Shown: positions 19,172 to 29,908 of the stretch, piece by piece
How positions within the stretch are numbered: the first letter of the stretch is position 1
Layout: each line of letters opens with the position of its first letter
Origin: an uncultured Dehalococcoidia bacterium
Lineage (GTDB): Bacteria > Chloroflexota > Dehalococcoidia > DSTF01 > RBG-16-68-14
Reading direction: 5' to 3'
Assembly: GCA_964406605.1 (NCBI GenBank)
Contig: CAYOSF010000001.1
Coordinates: 212,303-276,302, forward strand
DNA: 64,000 nt
The notes under the pieces: generated by a model
Seen by the model: the letters and a program-made list of their open reading frames with translations, nothing else
What the model was told of the DNA's origin: nothing
Databases searched by the model: none
Position numbers and translations under genes: made by a program

Positions 19172-19696
19172 CTAGAGCGCATCCGTCTTCCCGACAGTAT
19201 CCGCTCCCAGGTATTCCAGAGCCAGCGCCAGGCAGCGCTCCAGGGGTTGCGTCGTATCGACTCGCAGGTACGCGCCCGCGGGGGCCACCGTCTCCCTCTC
19301 ATCGATGCTATCCGGCTGGCTGGGCATTCGGGGTCGCTTGGTCAGGCGGCCCGCCAGCACCTCCGGATCGGAGCAGGCACACTCGATGAAGTAGTAGGGG
19401 ACGTGGCGGCGGGCAGCGATTGCCGCGCCCTTCGCCGGGATCGTTTCGTAGTAGGACGGGCTGTCGAGGATGACGCTCCATCCCTGTCCCAGCAGGTGAT
19501 CGGCGAGCGCGAAGAACGCGTCGTAGGCGATGCCCCCGGCCAGGGAGTCCTGGGCGCCGGCCTCCAGCGCCGCCGTCTTGAGCACGTCCTTGTCGATGAC
19601 GACAGCCCTTGTGCGATGGCCGATGACTCGCGCCAGCGCGCTCTTGCCTGAGCCCGGCGCACCGGCCATCTGGAGGAGGAAGAGTGTGCCGGACAT
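19172..19696 (-). CDS. P-loop kinase/ATPase (AAA_33 / zeta-toxin-like fold)
   Basis: The Walker A motif GAPGSGKS lies near the N-terminus of a 174-aa protein. The family cannot be narrowed further from sequence alone. Confidence 0.6.
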   Translation of the reverse strand: MSGTLFLLQMAGAPGSGKSALARVIGHRTRAVVIDKDVLKTAALEAGAQDSLAGGIAYDAFFALADHLLGQGWSVILDSPSYYETIPAKGAAIAARRHVPYYFIECACSDPEVLAGRLTKRPRMPSQPDSIDERETVAPAGAYLRVDTTQPLERCLALALEYLGADTVGKTDAL

Positions 19697-19749
19697 GAGG
19701 ACTCCTACAGTTCTGGGGGTTGCAGCCCGCAGCTTCTACGGCTGTGCAC

Positions 19750-20562
19750 CTAGAAGACGTCCCGTAGCTCGAACCGAGGACCGTCCCTGCAGACGAGCTG
19801 CATGCCCTTTCGCGTCTCGACGGCGCAGCCGTAGCACAGGCCGGTGCCGCAACCCATATGCTCCTCCAGCAGCACCTGCACCGGCCGCCGGACGTGCGAG
19901 CGGCGCATCGACTCCGACATCGCCTGGAACATGGCGTTGGGCCCGCAGGCGAAAGCCTGATCGCACCACTCCAGGTGGTCGGCGAACGCCTCCGTCGCCA
20001 GGCCGCGCCGGCCCAACGAGCCGTCCTCGGTGGTGACCACAACCTCGACCTCGGGCGGAAGGAGGGATGCGGGGAAGATCTGGTCGGCGGTGCGGCCGCC
20101 GACGATGAGCGTGACGCTCTTCCCCTCAGCGACCGCGTCGTCCGCGAGCCATACCAGCGGGGCGGCGCCGATGCCGCCCGCCACCAGCAGAAGGTGCCTG
20201 GACGTGTGGCGCACGGTGTAGCCGTTGCCGAGTGGCCCCCAGGAGAAGACGAGGTCGCCGGGCCGTCGTGAGGCCAGCCAGGCGGTGCCGCGGCCGACGA
20301 CGTCGTAGAGGATCGACCACTCCTTGCCGTCCGGGCCCTGCCGCACGCGGTGGAGGCTCATCGGACGGGGCAGCAACGGGTCGTCGGGCAGAGGCGCCGC
20401 GGGCGCCGGGACGTCGTCCTGTGGTTTCGGCTCGACGCAGCGCAGCATGACGAACTGGCCGGGCACGGCGCTCCGCACCAGCTCCGGCGAATCGAACCAG
20501 GTGATGTGGGTGCTGCCGTAGAGGCGTTCAGTGCCGGCGACTCGCGCAAACGCGGTTTTCAT
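19750..20562 (-). CDS. pyrK: dihydroorotate dehydrogenase electron-transfer subunit (FAD/NAD and 2Fe-2S)
   Basis: A C-terminal CGTGLCYGC cluster motif follows a ferredoxin-reductase-like fold. The gene overlaps the carB stop by 4 nt. Confidence 0.9.
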   Translation of the reverse strand: MKTAFARVAGTERLYGSTHITWFDSPELVRSAVPGQFVMLRCVEPKPQDDVPAPAAPLPDDPLLPRPMSLHRVRQGPDGKEWSILYDVVGRGTAWLASRRPGDLVFSWGPLGNGYTVRHTSRHLLLVAGGIGAAPLVWLADDAVAEGKSVTLIVGGRTADQIFPASLLPPEVEVVVTTEDGSLGRRGLATEAFADHLEWCDQAFACGPNAMFQAMSESMRRSHVRRPVQVLLEEHMGCGTGLCYGCAVETRKGMQLVCRDGPRFELRDVF

Positions 20563-23500
20563 GTCCGGAGGTATGCCCTCAGCGGCTGGATCGTGTAGGT
20601 CTGCGCTCCGGCGAGGAGCGCGTCCGCGGCGGCGCGGGCGGTATCGAGGCTGGTGAAGCAGGGTATCCGCTGCTCCGCCGCCGCGCGGCGGATGTGGAAA
20701 CCGTCACGCAGCGTGCCGGTCACCCGGCCCTCCGGGATGTTCACGACGCCGTGAACCGTGCGGTCGCGGATGACGTCGACCACGTTGGGATGGCCTTCGC
20801 TCAGGCGCTTGGTCACCTGCTCGACGGGCAATCCCAAGGCGGCAATCATGCTCGCGGTGCCCTCGGTCGCGTACAGGCGAAAGCCTGCCTGGGCGTACTG
20901 GCGGATGATCGGCTCAGCCTCCGGCTTGCACCCATCCGCGATGCTGAGCAGGATGCCGCCGCTTGGGGGGAGCGCCAATTCCGCCGAGAGGAGCGCCTTT
21001 GCCAGGGCGGCCGGAAAAGCGCGGTCCACGCCCATGACCTCACCCGTCGACTTCATCTCAGGCCCGAGGTAGGTGTCGACGCCGATCAGTTTCGACATCG
21101 AAAAGGCGGGTGCCTTTACGGCGATCAATTGCTGCTGGGGCCACAATCCGCCTCCGTATCCCTGCGCGTTCAGCGATCGACCCAGCATGACGTGTGCTGC
21201 CAGGCGCACCAGGGGCACGCCCGTCACCTTCGAGATGAACGGCACCGTGCGGCTGGACCGTGGATTGACCTCCAGGACGTAGACCGAGGAACCTTCGTCG
21301 GAGCGGACAATGACGTACTGGACGTTCATGAGACCCTGGACCTGGAGGGCCAGGCCGATGCGTTGGGTGTAGTCTACGACGGTCTCGATCTCGATGTCCG
21401 TCAGGTTGATCGGTGGATAGACGGCCATCGAGTCGCCGGAGTGGACGCCGGCCCGCTCGATGTGCTCCATGATGCCTGGGATGAGCACTTGCTCACCGTC
21501 GCAGACAGCGTCCACCTCCACCTCGCGCCCCTCCAGGTACTTGTCGATGAGGATCGGCTTGCCGGGGCCGGCTTGGGCGGCGGCGGTGACGTACTGGGCG
21601 AGTTCGTCGGCGTTCTGGACAATCTCCATTGCCCGGCCGCCCAGGACATAGCTCGGCCGGACCAGGACCGGGTATCCGATGACCCGCGCGGTGTTGACGG
21701 CCTCCTCGATACTTGTGACGGCCGCGCCGGGCGGCTGCGGCACTCCCAGCTTGGCCAGGAACTCCTCGAAGCGGCGGCGGTCCTCCGCCATGTCGATGGC
21801 TTCGGCGCTGGAGCCGAGGATGGGCATGGCTGCCACGTGGAGAGGGGCGGCGAGGTTAATTGCCGTCTGTCCGCCGAACTGGACGATCGAGGGCGGCGCT
21901 TGCCCGTTCGCAAGCCGCGCCGGCTCGCCGGGCTTCACCAGGATGGGCTCGACCACACCGGCTTCGTTTTCCAAGATATCGCGCACCGACTCCTCGTCGA
22001 GAGGCTCGAAGTAGAGACGGTCCGAGGTGTCGAAGTCGGTCGATACGGTCTCCGGGTTTGAATTGGCGATGAGAGCGCGATAGCCCGCCGCCTGGAGAGC
22101 CCAGGCGGCATGCACCGAGCAGTAGTCGAACTCGATCCCCTGGCCGATACGGATCGGTCCGCTGCCGATGACCAGCGCGCTCTCTCCCTCCAGCGGTTCG
22201 GCCTCGTTCTCCTCCTCGTAGGTGCTGTAGAAGTACGGCGTCGCGGCGTCAAACTCGGCGGCGCACGTGTCCACCATCTTGTAGACGGGCCGGATGCCCC
22301 ATTCGAGACGCCTCTGGCGCACTCTCTCGGGCAGCCAGTCCGCCAGGGCGCCGACCTGCTCGTCGCAGAAACCGAGGCGCTTCGCCTCTCGCAGCAGGTC
22401 AGGCGAAAGCGGCTCCGCCAGGAGTCTTCGCTCCATGGCGACGATGTTCGTCAGCTTGTGGAGGAACCACGGGTCGACGCCGGTCTTGCGCGCCAGGCTA
22501 AGGGGGTCGGCGTCCCGGCGGAGCGCGGCCATCAGCCGCCAGAGACGGTCGTCCGTGGGAGGAACAGGTCCCGCGCAGAAGTCGATATCCTGCCACGCCG
22601 GGTCCTCCCACAGCAGCGAGCGGCCGCCCTGTTCGAGGGACCGCACCGCCTTCTGCACGGCGGCCTCGAACGTGCGGTCGATCGCCATTACCTCACCGGT
22701 CGCCTTCATCTGCGTGCCCAAACCCCGTTCACCGAGGGGGAACTTGTCGAAGGGCCAGCGCGGGATCTTGACCACGACATAATCCAAGGCCGGCTCGAAG
22801 GCGGCCGTGGTCATTTGGGTCACGGCGTTCGGGATCTCGTCCAGCCGCTTGCCGACGGCGATCTTCGCCGCGACCCGCGCGATTGGATAGCCGGTCGCCT
22901 TCGAGGCGAGCGCGGAGCTGCGCGAGACGCGGGGATTGACCTCAATGACATAGTACGGAGGGTCGCCCTCGTCCTCAGGCGCCTCCCAGCCCGCGATCTC
23001 CCGGCGGGGAGCCAGGGCGAACTGGATGTTGCAGCCGCCCTCCACGCCCAGGGCGCGAATGATGCGCAGGCTGGCCGAGCGCAGCAGCTGGTATTCCTTG
23101 TCGGAGAGCGTCTGGCTGGGCGCTATCACGATGCTGTCGCCCGTGTGGACGCCCATCGGGTCGAGGTTCTCCATGTTGCAAATGGTGACGCAGGTATCGG
23201 CTCCGTCCCGCATCACCTCGTATTCGATCTCCTTCCAGCCCAACAGGCAGCGCTCCAGCAGCACCTGCTCGATCGGGCTGGCCGCAAGCCCTCCCGCTAC
23301 GATCCGCTCCAGCTCCTCCGAAGTCGAGGCGACTCCGCCTCCCGTACCGCCCAGCGTGTAAGCCGGGCGCACCACCAGGGGCAGGCCGATTCGGTCGGCC
23401 ACCTCCCTCGCGGCGCTCAGAGACGTGACGGTGGCGCTCTCCGGGGACGGCTCGCCGATCTCGGCCAGGAGCTGCCGGAAGAGCTCGCGGTCCTCCGCCT

Positions 23501-23864
23501 TGCGGATCGTCTCCAGGGGAGTGCCCAGCAACGCGACACCGTTCTGTTCCAGGACGCCTGCGTCGGCCAGTGCGACGGCCAGGTTGAGGCCGGTCTGACC
23601 GCCCAGGGTGGGCAGCAGACCTTCCGGTCGCTCGCGCTCGATGATGCGGGCCAGCGCCTCGACCGTCAGAGGCTCGATGTAGACGATATCGGCCACGCCC
23701 TCGTCGGTCATGATGGTCGCCGGATTGGAGTTCACCAGGACGGAGGTGACCCCCTCCTCGCGCATCGCCTTGCAGGCCTGGGTGCCGGCGTAGTCGAACT
23801 CCGCAGCCTGTCCGATGATGATGGGGCCGGAACCGATGATGATGACCTTCGACGGTCTACTCAT
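20559..23864 (-). CDS. carB: carbamoyl-phosphate synthase large subunit
   Basis: The 1101-aa protein has duplicated ATP-grasp halves, starting [27 protein letters not shown] and then [17 protein letters not shown], and ends in an MGS-like C-terminus. Confidence 0.95.
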   Translation of the reverse strand: MSRPSKVIIIGSGPIIIGQAAEFDYAGTQACKAMREEGVTSVLVNSNPATIMTDEGVADIVYIEPLTVEALARIIERERPEGLLPTLGGQTGLNLAVALADAGVLEQNGVALLGTPLETIRKAEDRELFRQLLAEIGEPSPESATVTSLSAAREVADRIGLPLVVRPAYTLGGTGGGVASTSEELERIVAGGLAASPIEQVLLERCLLGWKEIEYEVMRDGADTCVTICNMENLDPMGVHTGDSIVIAPSQTLSDKEYQLLRSASLRIIRALGVEGGCNIQFALAPRREIAGWEAPEDEGDPPYYVIEVNPRVSRSSALASKATGYPIARVAAKIAVGKRLDEIPNAVTQMTTAAFEPALDYVVVKIPRWPFDKFPLGERGLGTQMKATGEVMAIDRTFEAAVQKAVRSLEQGGRSLLWEDPAWQDIDFCAGPVPPTDDRLWRLMAALRRDADPLSLARKTGVDPWFLHKLTNIVAMERRLLAEPLSPDLLREAKRLGFCDEQVGALADWLPERVRQRRLEWGIRPVYKMVDTCAAEFDAATPYFYSTYEEENEAEPLEGESALVIGSGPIRIGQGIEFDYCSVHAAWALQAAGYRALIANSNPETVSTDFDTSDRLYFEPLDEESVRDILENEAGVVEPILVKPGEPARLANGQAPPSIVQFGGQTAINLAAPLHVAAMPILGSSAEAIDMAEDRRRFEEFLAKLGVPQPPGAAVTSIEEAVNTARVIGYPVLVRPSYVLGGRAMEIVQNADELAQYVTAAAQAGPGKPILIDKYLEGREVEVDAVCDGEQVLIPGIMEHIERAGVHSGDSMAVYPPINLTDIEIETVVDYTQRIGLALQVQGLMNVQYVIVRSDEGSSVYVLEVNPRSSRTVPFISKVTGVPLVRLAAHVMLGRSLNAQGYGGGLWPQQQLIAVKAPAFSMSKLIGVDTYLGPEMKSTGEVMGVDRAFPAALAKALLSAELALPPSGGILLSIADGCKPEAEPIIRQYAQAGFRLYATEGTASMIAALGLPVEQVTKRLSEGHPNVVDVIRDRTVHGVVNIPEGRVTGTLRDGFHIRRAAAEQRIPCFTSLDTARAAADALLAGAQTYTIQPLRAYLRT

Positions 23865-23903
23865 GGCGTGGGACGGGGGAACTGATCTGTCCTTTCACCA
23901 GTG

Positions 23904-24371
23904 TCATCGCTGCCTAACCAGACGCGGTCGCGTTCTCCGCTTGCCGGCCTTGGTCCGCGCCCCGGGCAGCCAGCCCGCCACCCCGAAGCCGGCGACGAAG
24001 GTCGCGGCCAGCGGGACGATCACAGCGACGTAGAGGGGAACAGGAGTCGCGAACGCCATGAACGCCATCAGCGCGAGACCCGCCCCGCCCGTTACGAACC
24101 CTCCCGCGTAGCCGTGCCATTCGGTGATCCAATCCGACGCGAACGGCCACCCGACGTAGGCGCCTACCAGGAACAAGAGCCCAGCGCCCACGGCGGCGGC
24201 CCAGCAGAGGAGCCAGACCACAAGGGCTCTCCCCATGTCGCCGTCAATCCAGCAAACGATGCCCGCTATTACTCCAGCGACGGCGAGCACGGGTACCGCC
24301 ACCCCGGCCATGCCGGTGAGGCAGAGGACTCCGTATGCCGCGCGTCCAAGGGGGTCGATGCCACGGATCAC
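23904..24371 (-). CDS. hypothetical membrane protein (4 predicted TM segments)
   Basis: The 155-aa protein is hydrophobic and is embedded between carA/GNAT and carB. Confidence 0.45.
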   Translation of the reverse strand: MIRGIDPLGRAAYGVLCLTGMAGVAVPVLAVAGVIAGIVCWIDGDMGRALVVWLLCWAAAVGAGLLFLVGAYVGWPFASDWITEWHGYAGGFVTGGAGLALMAFMAFATPVPLYVAVIVPLAATFVAGFGVAGWLPGARTKAGKRRTRPRLVRQR

Positions 24372-24380
24372 CGGTCGTTC

Positions 24381-24848
24381 CTACGCCTCCTCCTCATAGA
24401 GCGGCAGTTCGAAGATCGCCTCCGGGTTGTACATGGGCACGAGCGCGCCGATGCCCGAGAGGAAGCTCAGGGCAGGCTGGTTGCGCTCCGGCAGGCGGCC
24501 CCGAATGCGCTTGAAGCCCTTGTCACGCGCGAATCCCAGCGCGTACTCCGCGAGGGCCGTGCCGAGCCCCTTGCGGCGGTGCTTGGGTAGCAGCCACACG
24601 CCGAGGATCGCGGTGTCCGGGCGTTGGGTGTCGAAGTCGAGAGCGCTGAAGCCCACGGAGTTGCCGTCGACGAAGCAGAGGAAGATCCCACCCTCGTCGC
24701 CCAGACGAGCGAGCCACGTCTTCACCTGGTCGGCCGTTGTCGGTCCCTCGAAGCCCACCGGGTCAGGTTCTTCGACGACCTGGTTGATGATGCCGGCGAT
24801 CGCGTCCGCATCACGAGCTGTCGCCTGGCGGAAGGTGGGCTCGCTCAT
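24381..24848 (-). CDS. GNAT family N-acetyltransferase
   Basis: The protein starts MSEPTFRQATARDADAIAGI and contains VWLLPKHRRKGLGTALAEYAL, a motif A Q/RxxGxG/A-like segment. Its ATG overlaps the carA TGA stop as ATGA. Confidence 0.75.
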   Translation of the reverse strand: MSEPTFRQATARDADAIAGIINQVVEEPDPVGFEGPTTADQVKTWLARLGDEGGIFLCFVDGNSVGFSALDFDTQRPDTAILGVWLLPKHRRKGLGTALAEYALGFARDKGFKRIRGRLPERNQPALSFLSGIGALVPMYNPEAIFELPLYEEEA

Positions 24849-25936
24849 GCGCGGCTGCCTTCCTCTACCAGTTCGAGGAAGCGCTCGAACAGATAACGGT
24901 TGTCTTGCGGTCCGGGCGACGCCTCCGAGTGGTACTGGATGGTGAACACCGGCAGCTCGCGGTGGCGCAGGCCCTCGCACGTGCCGTCGTTCAGGTGGAT
25001 GTGGCTCACCTCCACCGCGGAAGGCAGACCGTCGGGGTCGATTGCGTAGCCGTGGTTCTGAGCGGTTATCGAGACGCGCCCGGTCGCCGCTTCGCGCACG
25101 GGATGGTTCGCTCCGCGATGGCCGAACTTGAGCTTGTACGTGCGGGCGCCCCAGGCGCGCGCCAGCACCTGGTGCCCGAGGCAAATGCCGAAGATCGGGA
25201 CCTTTCCCAGCAATCCTTCCGCAGTGTGGACCGCATAGTCGAGGAGGGCCGGGTCGCCCGGGCCGGGTGACATGACGATGCCTTCCGGCTTCAGCGAAAG
25301 GATGTCATCCGCGGTCGCTGCGCAGGGGACCGCGGTGGCGCGGCAACCCAAACGGCGGAGGATGCGCAGTATGTTGTGTTTCACTCCCAGGTCCAGCACG
25401 GCGATGTGTCGTTTGGGACGGTCGGGCTCGCGCCAGTCGAAGGGCTCGTCGGTGCTCACCTCCTGGACGAAATCGGTGCCGTCGTAGCGGGGAAGATCGC
25501 GCAAACGTGCGAGCGCGCGTTCCGGCGATTCCTCGCGAGTGATGACACCCATCATCACCCCTGCCGAACGGAGGCGGCGGGTAACGGCGCGAGTGTCGAC
25601 GCCCTCGATGCCGGGTACCCCGGCCGAGGCGAGGTACTCGTCCAAGGTGCCCTCGTTGCGCCAGTGTGACGGCACGTCGCAGGCCTCCCGGACAACGAAG
25701 CCGCGCACCTGCACGCGGCGCGACTCCACATCGAACCGGCTGACGCCGTAGTTTCCTTGCAGGGGGAAGGTCATGGTCAGGATCTGGCCGGCGTAGGAAG
25801 GGTCTGTGAGCGCCTCTTGATAGCCGGTCATCGAGGTGGTGAAGACCGCCTCACCGTGTGCCTCGACGTCCGCGCCGAAGGGCCGTCCGGCGAACACCGA
25901 GCCGTCCTCCAGCACGAGGTAAGCTCGGTCGGTCAT
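24845..25936 (-). CDS. carA: carbamoyl-phosphate synthase small (glutaminase) subunit
   Basis: The protein starts MTDRAYLVLEDGSVFAGRPFGA and contains the GICLGHQ catalytic Cys triad motif. The start at 25936 overlaps the stop of the upstream hydrolase gene. Confidence 0.9.
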   Translation of the reverse strand: MTDRAYLVLEDGSVFAGRPFGADVEAHGEAVFTTSMTGYQEALTDPSYAGQILTMTFPLQGNYGVSRFDVESRRVQVRGFVVREACDVPSHWRNEGTLDEYLASAGVPGIEGVDTRAVTRRLRSAGVMMGVITREESPERALARLRDLPRYDGTDFVQEVSTDEPFDWREPDRPKRHIAVLDLGVKHNILRILRRLGCRATAVPCAATADDILSLKPEGIVMSPGPGDPALLDYAVHTAEGLLGKVPIFGICLGHQVLARAWGARTYKLKFGHRGANHPVREAATGRVSITAQNHGYAIDPDGLPSAVEVSHIHLNDGTCEGLRHRELPVFTIQYHSEASPGPQDNRYLFERFLELVEEGSRA

Positions 25937-26829
25937 GGTCCTGAGGCTCCACGAACGGCGGTGTGCTCCTCGGCGATCCTCCAGAGGAATCCAACCACGG
26001 CGTCCTGCGCGTCGATATGGTCCAGGATCATGTGGCCGGCGTTGGGGATCGTCACGAGCTCCGCGTGAGGAATGTGGCCTGTTATCTCCTCCGATCCGCT
26101 TGCCGGCACGACGGTGTCGGTTTCGCCGTGGACCAGCAGGACAGGGCATCTGATCTCAGCGAGCCGCGAAGCGAGGTCGACGTCCATGTACGCCCCGCAC
26201 GTGCGTAGCTCGGCGGCGTGGCGGCTGATCTGCTCCTGCCGGGGAACCGCGGCAGCCAGGCGCGCCAGATCGCCCTCCTCATCCACCGACTGCTGAAGCC
26301 AGCCGTGCACACCGGCGTCCGGCCAGCGCCAGAGCGGCTCCAGCGAGTAGCGGACGTAGTCCGGCCTCCGCTCGAACGCCGCCTCGGGGCCCTCGGTCGC
26401 CAGAACGGCGATCAGCTCTCGCACGAACGCGGCCGTATCGTCCTGAAGCCACAGCGTTGTGCTGGTGTTGGCCAGGGCAAGGGCGAGGACGCGCTTGGGC
26501 TCCTCCAGCGCGAGCTGCAGAGCGATCGGGCCGCCGGCAGACGTGCCGAGCACGGCGCAGCGTTCGACGCCCAGGTGGTCGAGCAAGTCCCTCGCGTCTG
26601 CGGCGAAGGTGGCCAGATCGTAGCCTGTCTCCGGCGCATCCGATCGGGCGAAGCCGCGCCGGTCGTAGAAGACGAAGGTGAACCCGCCGATGGCCTGATC
26701 TGAGGCGTCCCAGGGGTACCTCACCAGCGAGCGGACACCTCCCATGCCGCCGTGAATGAAGAGGACGGGGAGGCCCTCACCGTGGACCTCGTAGTACATC
26801 TGAAAGCCGTTGACCTGGGCGTGCGGCAT
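25933..26829 (-). CDS. alpha/beta-hydrolase fold protein
   Basis: The protein contains LFIHGGMGG, GTSAGG (G-x-S-x-G) and a C-terminal HG..D...H arrangement. It is inserted between pyrC and carA. Confidence 0.8.
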   Translation of the reverse strand: MPHAQVNGFQMYYEVHGEGLPVLFIHGGMGGVRSLVRYPWDASDQAIGGFTFVFYDRRGFARSDAPETGYDLATFAADARDLLDHLGVERCAVLGTSAGGPIALQLALEEPKRVLALALANTSTTLWLQDDTAAFVRELIAVLATEGPEAAFERRPDYVRYSLEPLWRWPDAGVHGWLQQSVDEEGDLARLAAAVPRQEQISRHAAELRTCGAYMDVDLASRLAEIRCPVLLVHGETDTVVPASGSEEITGHIPHAELVTIPNAGHMILDHIDAQDAVVGFLWRIAEEHTAVRGASGP

Positions 26830-26830
26830 G

Positions 26831-28165
26831 CTAGCTCACCGCTGCGGTTTCCTCCGCCCGCACCACCCGGCCACCGCAGACCGTGGCGGCAACGCGGCCG
26901 CGAAGCGTCCGGCCCGCAAGCGGCGTGTTCTTGCCTTTCGAGGCGAAGCGCTCCGGCTCCACCGTCCACTCCGCTTCGGGGTCGAGTACGGTGACATCCC
27001 CAGGAGCGCCGTCGGCCAGGGAGCCGATGCCGGGCACCACGCGCTGCAGGCCGAGCGCCCGCACCGGGCCCGCCGTTAGCCGCTCGATGAGCGTCGAAAG
27101 CTCCAGGGCGCCGGTTTCGACCAGGGTCATGCAGAGGCCGAAGGCGGTCTCAAAGCCGCTGATGCCGAACGCCGCCTCGTCGAACTCGCAGTCCTTCTCG
27201 TAGTCGGCGTGCGGTGCGTGGTCGGTCGCAACGGCGTCGATCACGCCGGTCCGCAGGCCGTCGACGCAGGCGGCCACGTCGTCGCGGCTACGCAGCGGGG
27301 GATTCACCTTGGCGCGGGTATCATAGGCCATCATTCCGTCGCCGTTCGTCGAGAAGGCGACGGCGTGGTGGGTCAGGGTGAGGTGGTGCGGGGTCACCTC
27401 GGCGGTCACCGCCAGACCGCGTTCCTTCGCGGCGCGGACGAGGTCGACGCTGCCACGGGTCGACACATGGGCGATGTGGATCGGGGCGCCCACCTGGGCG
27501 GCGACAGCGATGTCGCGGGCGACGGCCGCCTCCTCGGCCGCGGCGGGCTGGCCGCGCAGGCCGAGCCGCGTCGCCACCCAGCCCTCATGCATGACACCGC
27601 TGTCGGAGACCTCAGGGTCTTCGCAGTGGTCGATGATCGTCTGGCCGCTGATGAGCGCGTACTCCAGGGCGTGGCGCAGCAGTGCACCGTTTGCGATGGG
27701 GGAGCCGTCGTCGCTGAACGCGACGCAGCCGGCCTGCGCCAGGTCGGCCAGCTCCGCCATGTCGCCGCCGGCCCGCCCCTGGCTGACGCAGCCGATGGGG
27801 AGCACTCGGGTGGAGGCGGTCGCCTCTGCCGTCTGGAGCACGTACTCCACCGTCGCTTGGGAGTCGATGGGCGGTTTGGTGTTCGGCATGCAGCAGACGG
27901 TGGTGAATCCGCCGCGGGCGGCGGCGAGCGTGCCGGTGGCGATTGTCTCCTTGTACTCGAAGCCGGGGTCGCGCAGATGGCAGTGGATGTCCACGAAACC
28001 CGGACAGACCAGGAGGCCGGAAGCGTCGATGACCTCAGCGCCATCGCCCGCTAGTCCTGGGCCGAGGGCCGCGATCCGTCCGTCGGCGACGAGCACATCG
28101 CCGACCAAGTCGATGCCGGAACCGGGGTCAAGAATGTGGCCGTTGCGTATGAGTACGGTAGACAT
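26831..28165 (-). CDS. pyrC: dihydroorotase
   Basis: The protein starts MSTVLIRNGHILD and contains DIHCHLRDPG (HxH metal ligands) and the FTTVCCMPNTKPP motif. A GTGAGGAG Shine-Dalgarno precedes the ATG. Confidence 0.9.
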   Translation of the reverse strand: MSTVLIRNGHILDPGSGIDLVGDVLVADGRIAALGPGLAGDGAEVIDASGLLVCPGFVDIHCHLRDPGFEYKETIATGTLAAARGGFTTVCCMPNTKPPIDSQATVEYVLQTAEATASTRVLPIGCVSQGRAGGDMAELADLAQAGCVAFSDDGSPIANGALLRHALEYALISGQTIIDHCEDPEVSDSGVMHEGWVATRLGLRGQPAAAEEAAVARDIAVAAQVGAPIHIAHVSTRGSVDLVRAAKERGLAVTAEVTPHHLTLTHHAVAFSTNGDGMMAYDTRAKVNPPLRSRDDVAACVDGLRTGVIDAVATDHAPHADYEKDCEFDEAAFGISGFETAFGLCMTLVETGALELSTLIERLTAGPVRALGLQRVVPGIGSLADGAPGDVTVLDPEAEWTVEPERFASKGKNTPLAGRTLRGRVAATVCGGRVVRAEETAAVS

Positions 28166-28186
28166 AACGCTCCTCACTGTCGCTTC

Positions 28187-29281
28187 CTAGGATGGTTTCT
28201 CGCCGCGCAGCAGCAGGTACAGGACGGCCATGCGCACGGCCACACCATTGCTGATCTGCTCCTCGATGACGGAGCGGGCACCGTGGGCCAGCTCCGCTGA
28301 TATCTCTACACCCTCGTTGATGGGACCCGGGTGGAGGACGAAGGCGCCGGGCTTCGCGCGGGCCATGCGCCGGCTGGTCACCTGGTAGAGCCGCGAGTAC
28401 TCACGCAAGGACGGAAGCAGTCCCGAGTGCATGCGCTCGCGCTGGAGTCGCAGCGTCATGACCGCGTCTGCGTCCTCGATGGCGTAGTCGAGGTCGTGTT
28501 CGACGCGAACGGGCGGCAGGTCGCGTTCCTCAGCTTCGTCTCTTTGTTCCTGGCCGTTCAGGCCGACGGGGAGGAGCGTCGGCGGTCCGCAGAGGACAAC
28601 CTGTGCGCCTAGGGCCGTGAGTCCCCAGAGATCGGAGCGTGCCACGCGGCTGTGGGTGATGTCGCCTACGATGACTATCTTCCGGCCTCGAACGCCGCCC
28701 AGATGGGAGCGGATGGTGTAGGCGTCCAGCAACCCCTGTGTGGGGTGGGCGTGCCAGCCGTCGCCAGCGTTCACCACGCGGAAGTTCGCCTCCCGGGCGG
28801 CCACATACGGAGCTCCCGAGGCGCTGTGCCGCAGCACCAGCACGTCCGCGCCGATGGCCTGCACGGTTCGCACCGTGTCGACCAACGATTCCCCCTTCTG
28901 CACGCTGCTGGTCTTGGCCGAGATATTGATCACGTCGGCGCCCAGCACCTTGCTCGCCAGCTCGAACGAGGAGCGTGTGCGCGTGCTGTCCTCGTAGAAC
29001 AGCGTGATGACGGTGGTGCCGCGCAGAGCCGGCACGCGAGGCACCTCTCGCGCCAGCACCTCCTTCATCACGTCGGCCGTATCCAGCACGAGTTCCATTT
29101 CGGCCGCAGAGAAGTCATCCAGGTCGAGCAGGTGACGCCGGCGCCAGACGCCGCTGGGCGAAAGACGCTCTGCGGGCGTCTGCTCGGTGGATACCGCCTC
29201 GGCCGCCAGATCGAGCTCTTCGGCCTGAGTCACGGCGCTGGAAGCTCGGCTGCGCCGGACACTTGTCGCGTTCTTGGCCAT
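28187..29281 (-). CDS. pyrB: aspartate carbamoyltransferase catalytic subunit, with an approximately 50-aa N-terminal extension if the first ATG is used
   Basis: The protein contains STRTR, HPTQ and HPLP-type motifs (STRTRSSFE, HAHPTQGLLD). The start is uncertain. Confidence 0.9.
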   Translation of the reverse strand: MAKNATSVRRSRASSAVTQAEELDLAAEAVSTEQTPAERLSPSGVWRRRHLLDLDDFSAAEMELVLDTADVMKEVLAREVPRVPALRGTTVITLFYEDSTRTRSSFELASKVLGADVINISAKTSSVQKGESLVDTVRTVQAIGADVLVLRHSASGAPYVAAREANFRVVNAGDGWHAHPTQGLLDAYTIRSHLGGVRGRKIVIVGDITHSRVARSDLWGLTALGAQVVLCGPPTLLPVGLNGQEQRDEAEERDLPPVRVEHDLDYAIEDADAVMTLRLQRERMHSGLLPSLREYSRLYQVTSRRMARAKPGAFVLHPGPINEGVEISAELAHGARSVIEEQISNGVAVRMAVLYLLLRGEKPS

Positions 29282-29283
29282 CG

Positions 29284-29823
29284 TTAGTCCCTCCGTTCAG
29301 TCACAAGTACCTGGTCAGTGCCGTCGGTCTCTTCAAGCTGGACCGCCACCTCATCCTCTCGGGAAGTTGGGATGTTCTTACCCACGAAGTCGGCGCGAAT
29401 TGGCAGCTCCCGGTGCCCTCGATCCACCAGCACCGCGAGCTGGATCCGCTGGGGCCGACCGTAGTCGATGAGGGCGTCCAGCGCGGCTCGGATGCTGCGC
29501 CCGGTGAAGAGCACATCGTCCACCAGGACCACTCGCTTGTCGGCGATGTCCTCGGGAAGCTCGCTCGGCTGGATGTTGACGCTGGTGCCGCGCGCCGGCA
29601 GGTCATCGCGATAGAGGCCGATGTCCAGTGCCCCGACGGGCACGTCCTCGCCCTCGAAGTCGCGAATCGCGGCGGCGAGACGCTGGGCGAGAGGAACGCC
29701 GCGGGTCCGCATGCCGACCAGCATCAGGTCCTGGCAGCCCCGGTTCTGTTCAACCACCTCGTGGGCGACGCGGACGATGGCGCGGCGCACGTCCTCAGAA
29801 GACATAAGGATGTTGTCAGACAT
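29284..29823 (-). CDS. pyrR: bifunctional pyr operon regulator / uracil phosphoribosyltransferase
   Basis: The protein starts [23 protein letters not shown] and contains the PRTase motif [18 protein letters not shown]. Confidence 0.9.
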   Translation of the reverse strand: MSDNILMSSEDVRRAIVRVAHEVVEQNRGCQDLMLVGMRTRGVPLAQRLAAAIRDFEGEDVPVGALDIGLYRDDLPARGTSVNIQPSELPEDIADKRVVLVDDVLFTGRSIRAALDALIDYGRPQRIQLAVLVDRGHRELPIRADFVGKNIPTSREDEVAVQLEETDGTDQVLVTERRD

Positions 29824-29858
29824 AAGAAAACCCCCTCCCCGCTTCGGGCGGGCAGGAG
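29824..29858 (-). terminator. pyr leader attenuator terminator
   Basis: The minus-strand RNA reads CCUGCCCGC-CCGAA-GCGGGGAGG, a 9-bp stem with one mismatch, followed by GGGUUUUCUU. It sits directly 5' of the pyrR ATG. Confidence 0.65.
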
Positions 29859-29908
29859 GCCCGGTCGACCCCGTCGCACAGTGTGGTTGGTGGGTGTTTG
29901 TGCCCCAC

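Noticed and set aside
20694-23885. Long plus-strand ORFs (455 aa and 591 aa) antisense to carB. Similar long ORFs are antisense to serS (6922-8298), korA (11444-13096), pyrD (13919-14848), apbC (15591-16676), acnA (41742-43070), the aminotransferase (45334-46605) and dnaE2 (56171-58054).
   Set aside because: These are Arg/Ala/Pro/Gly-rich, low-complexity translations typical of high-GC antisense frames. Each overlaps a gene with strong family motifs on the other strand, and none has a domain signature.
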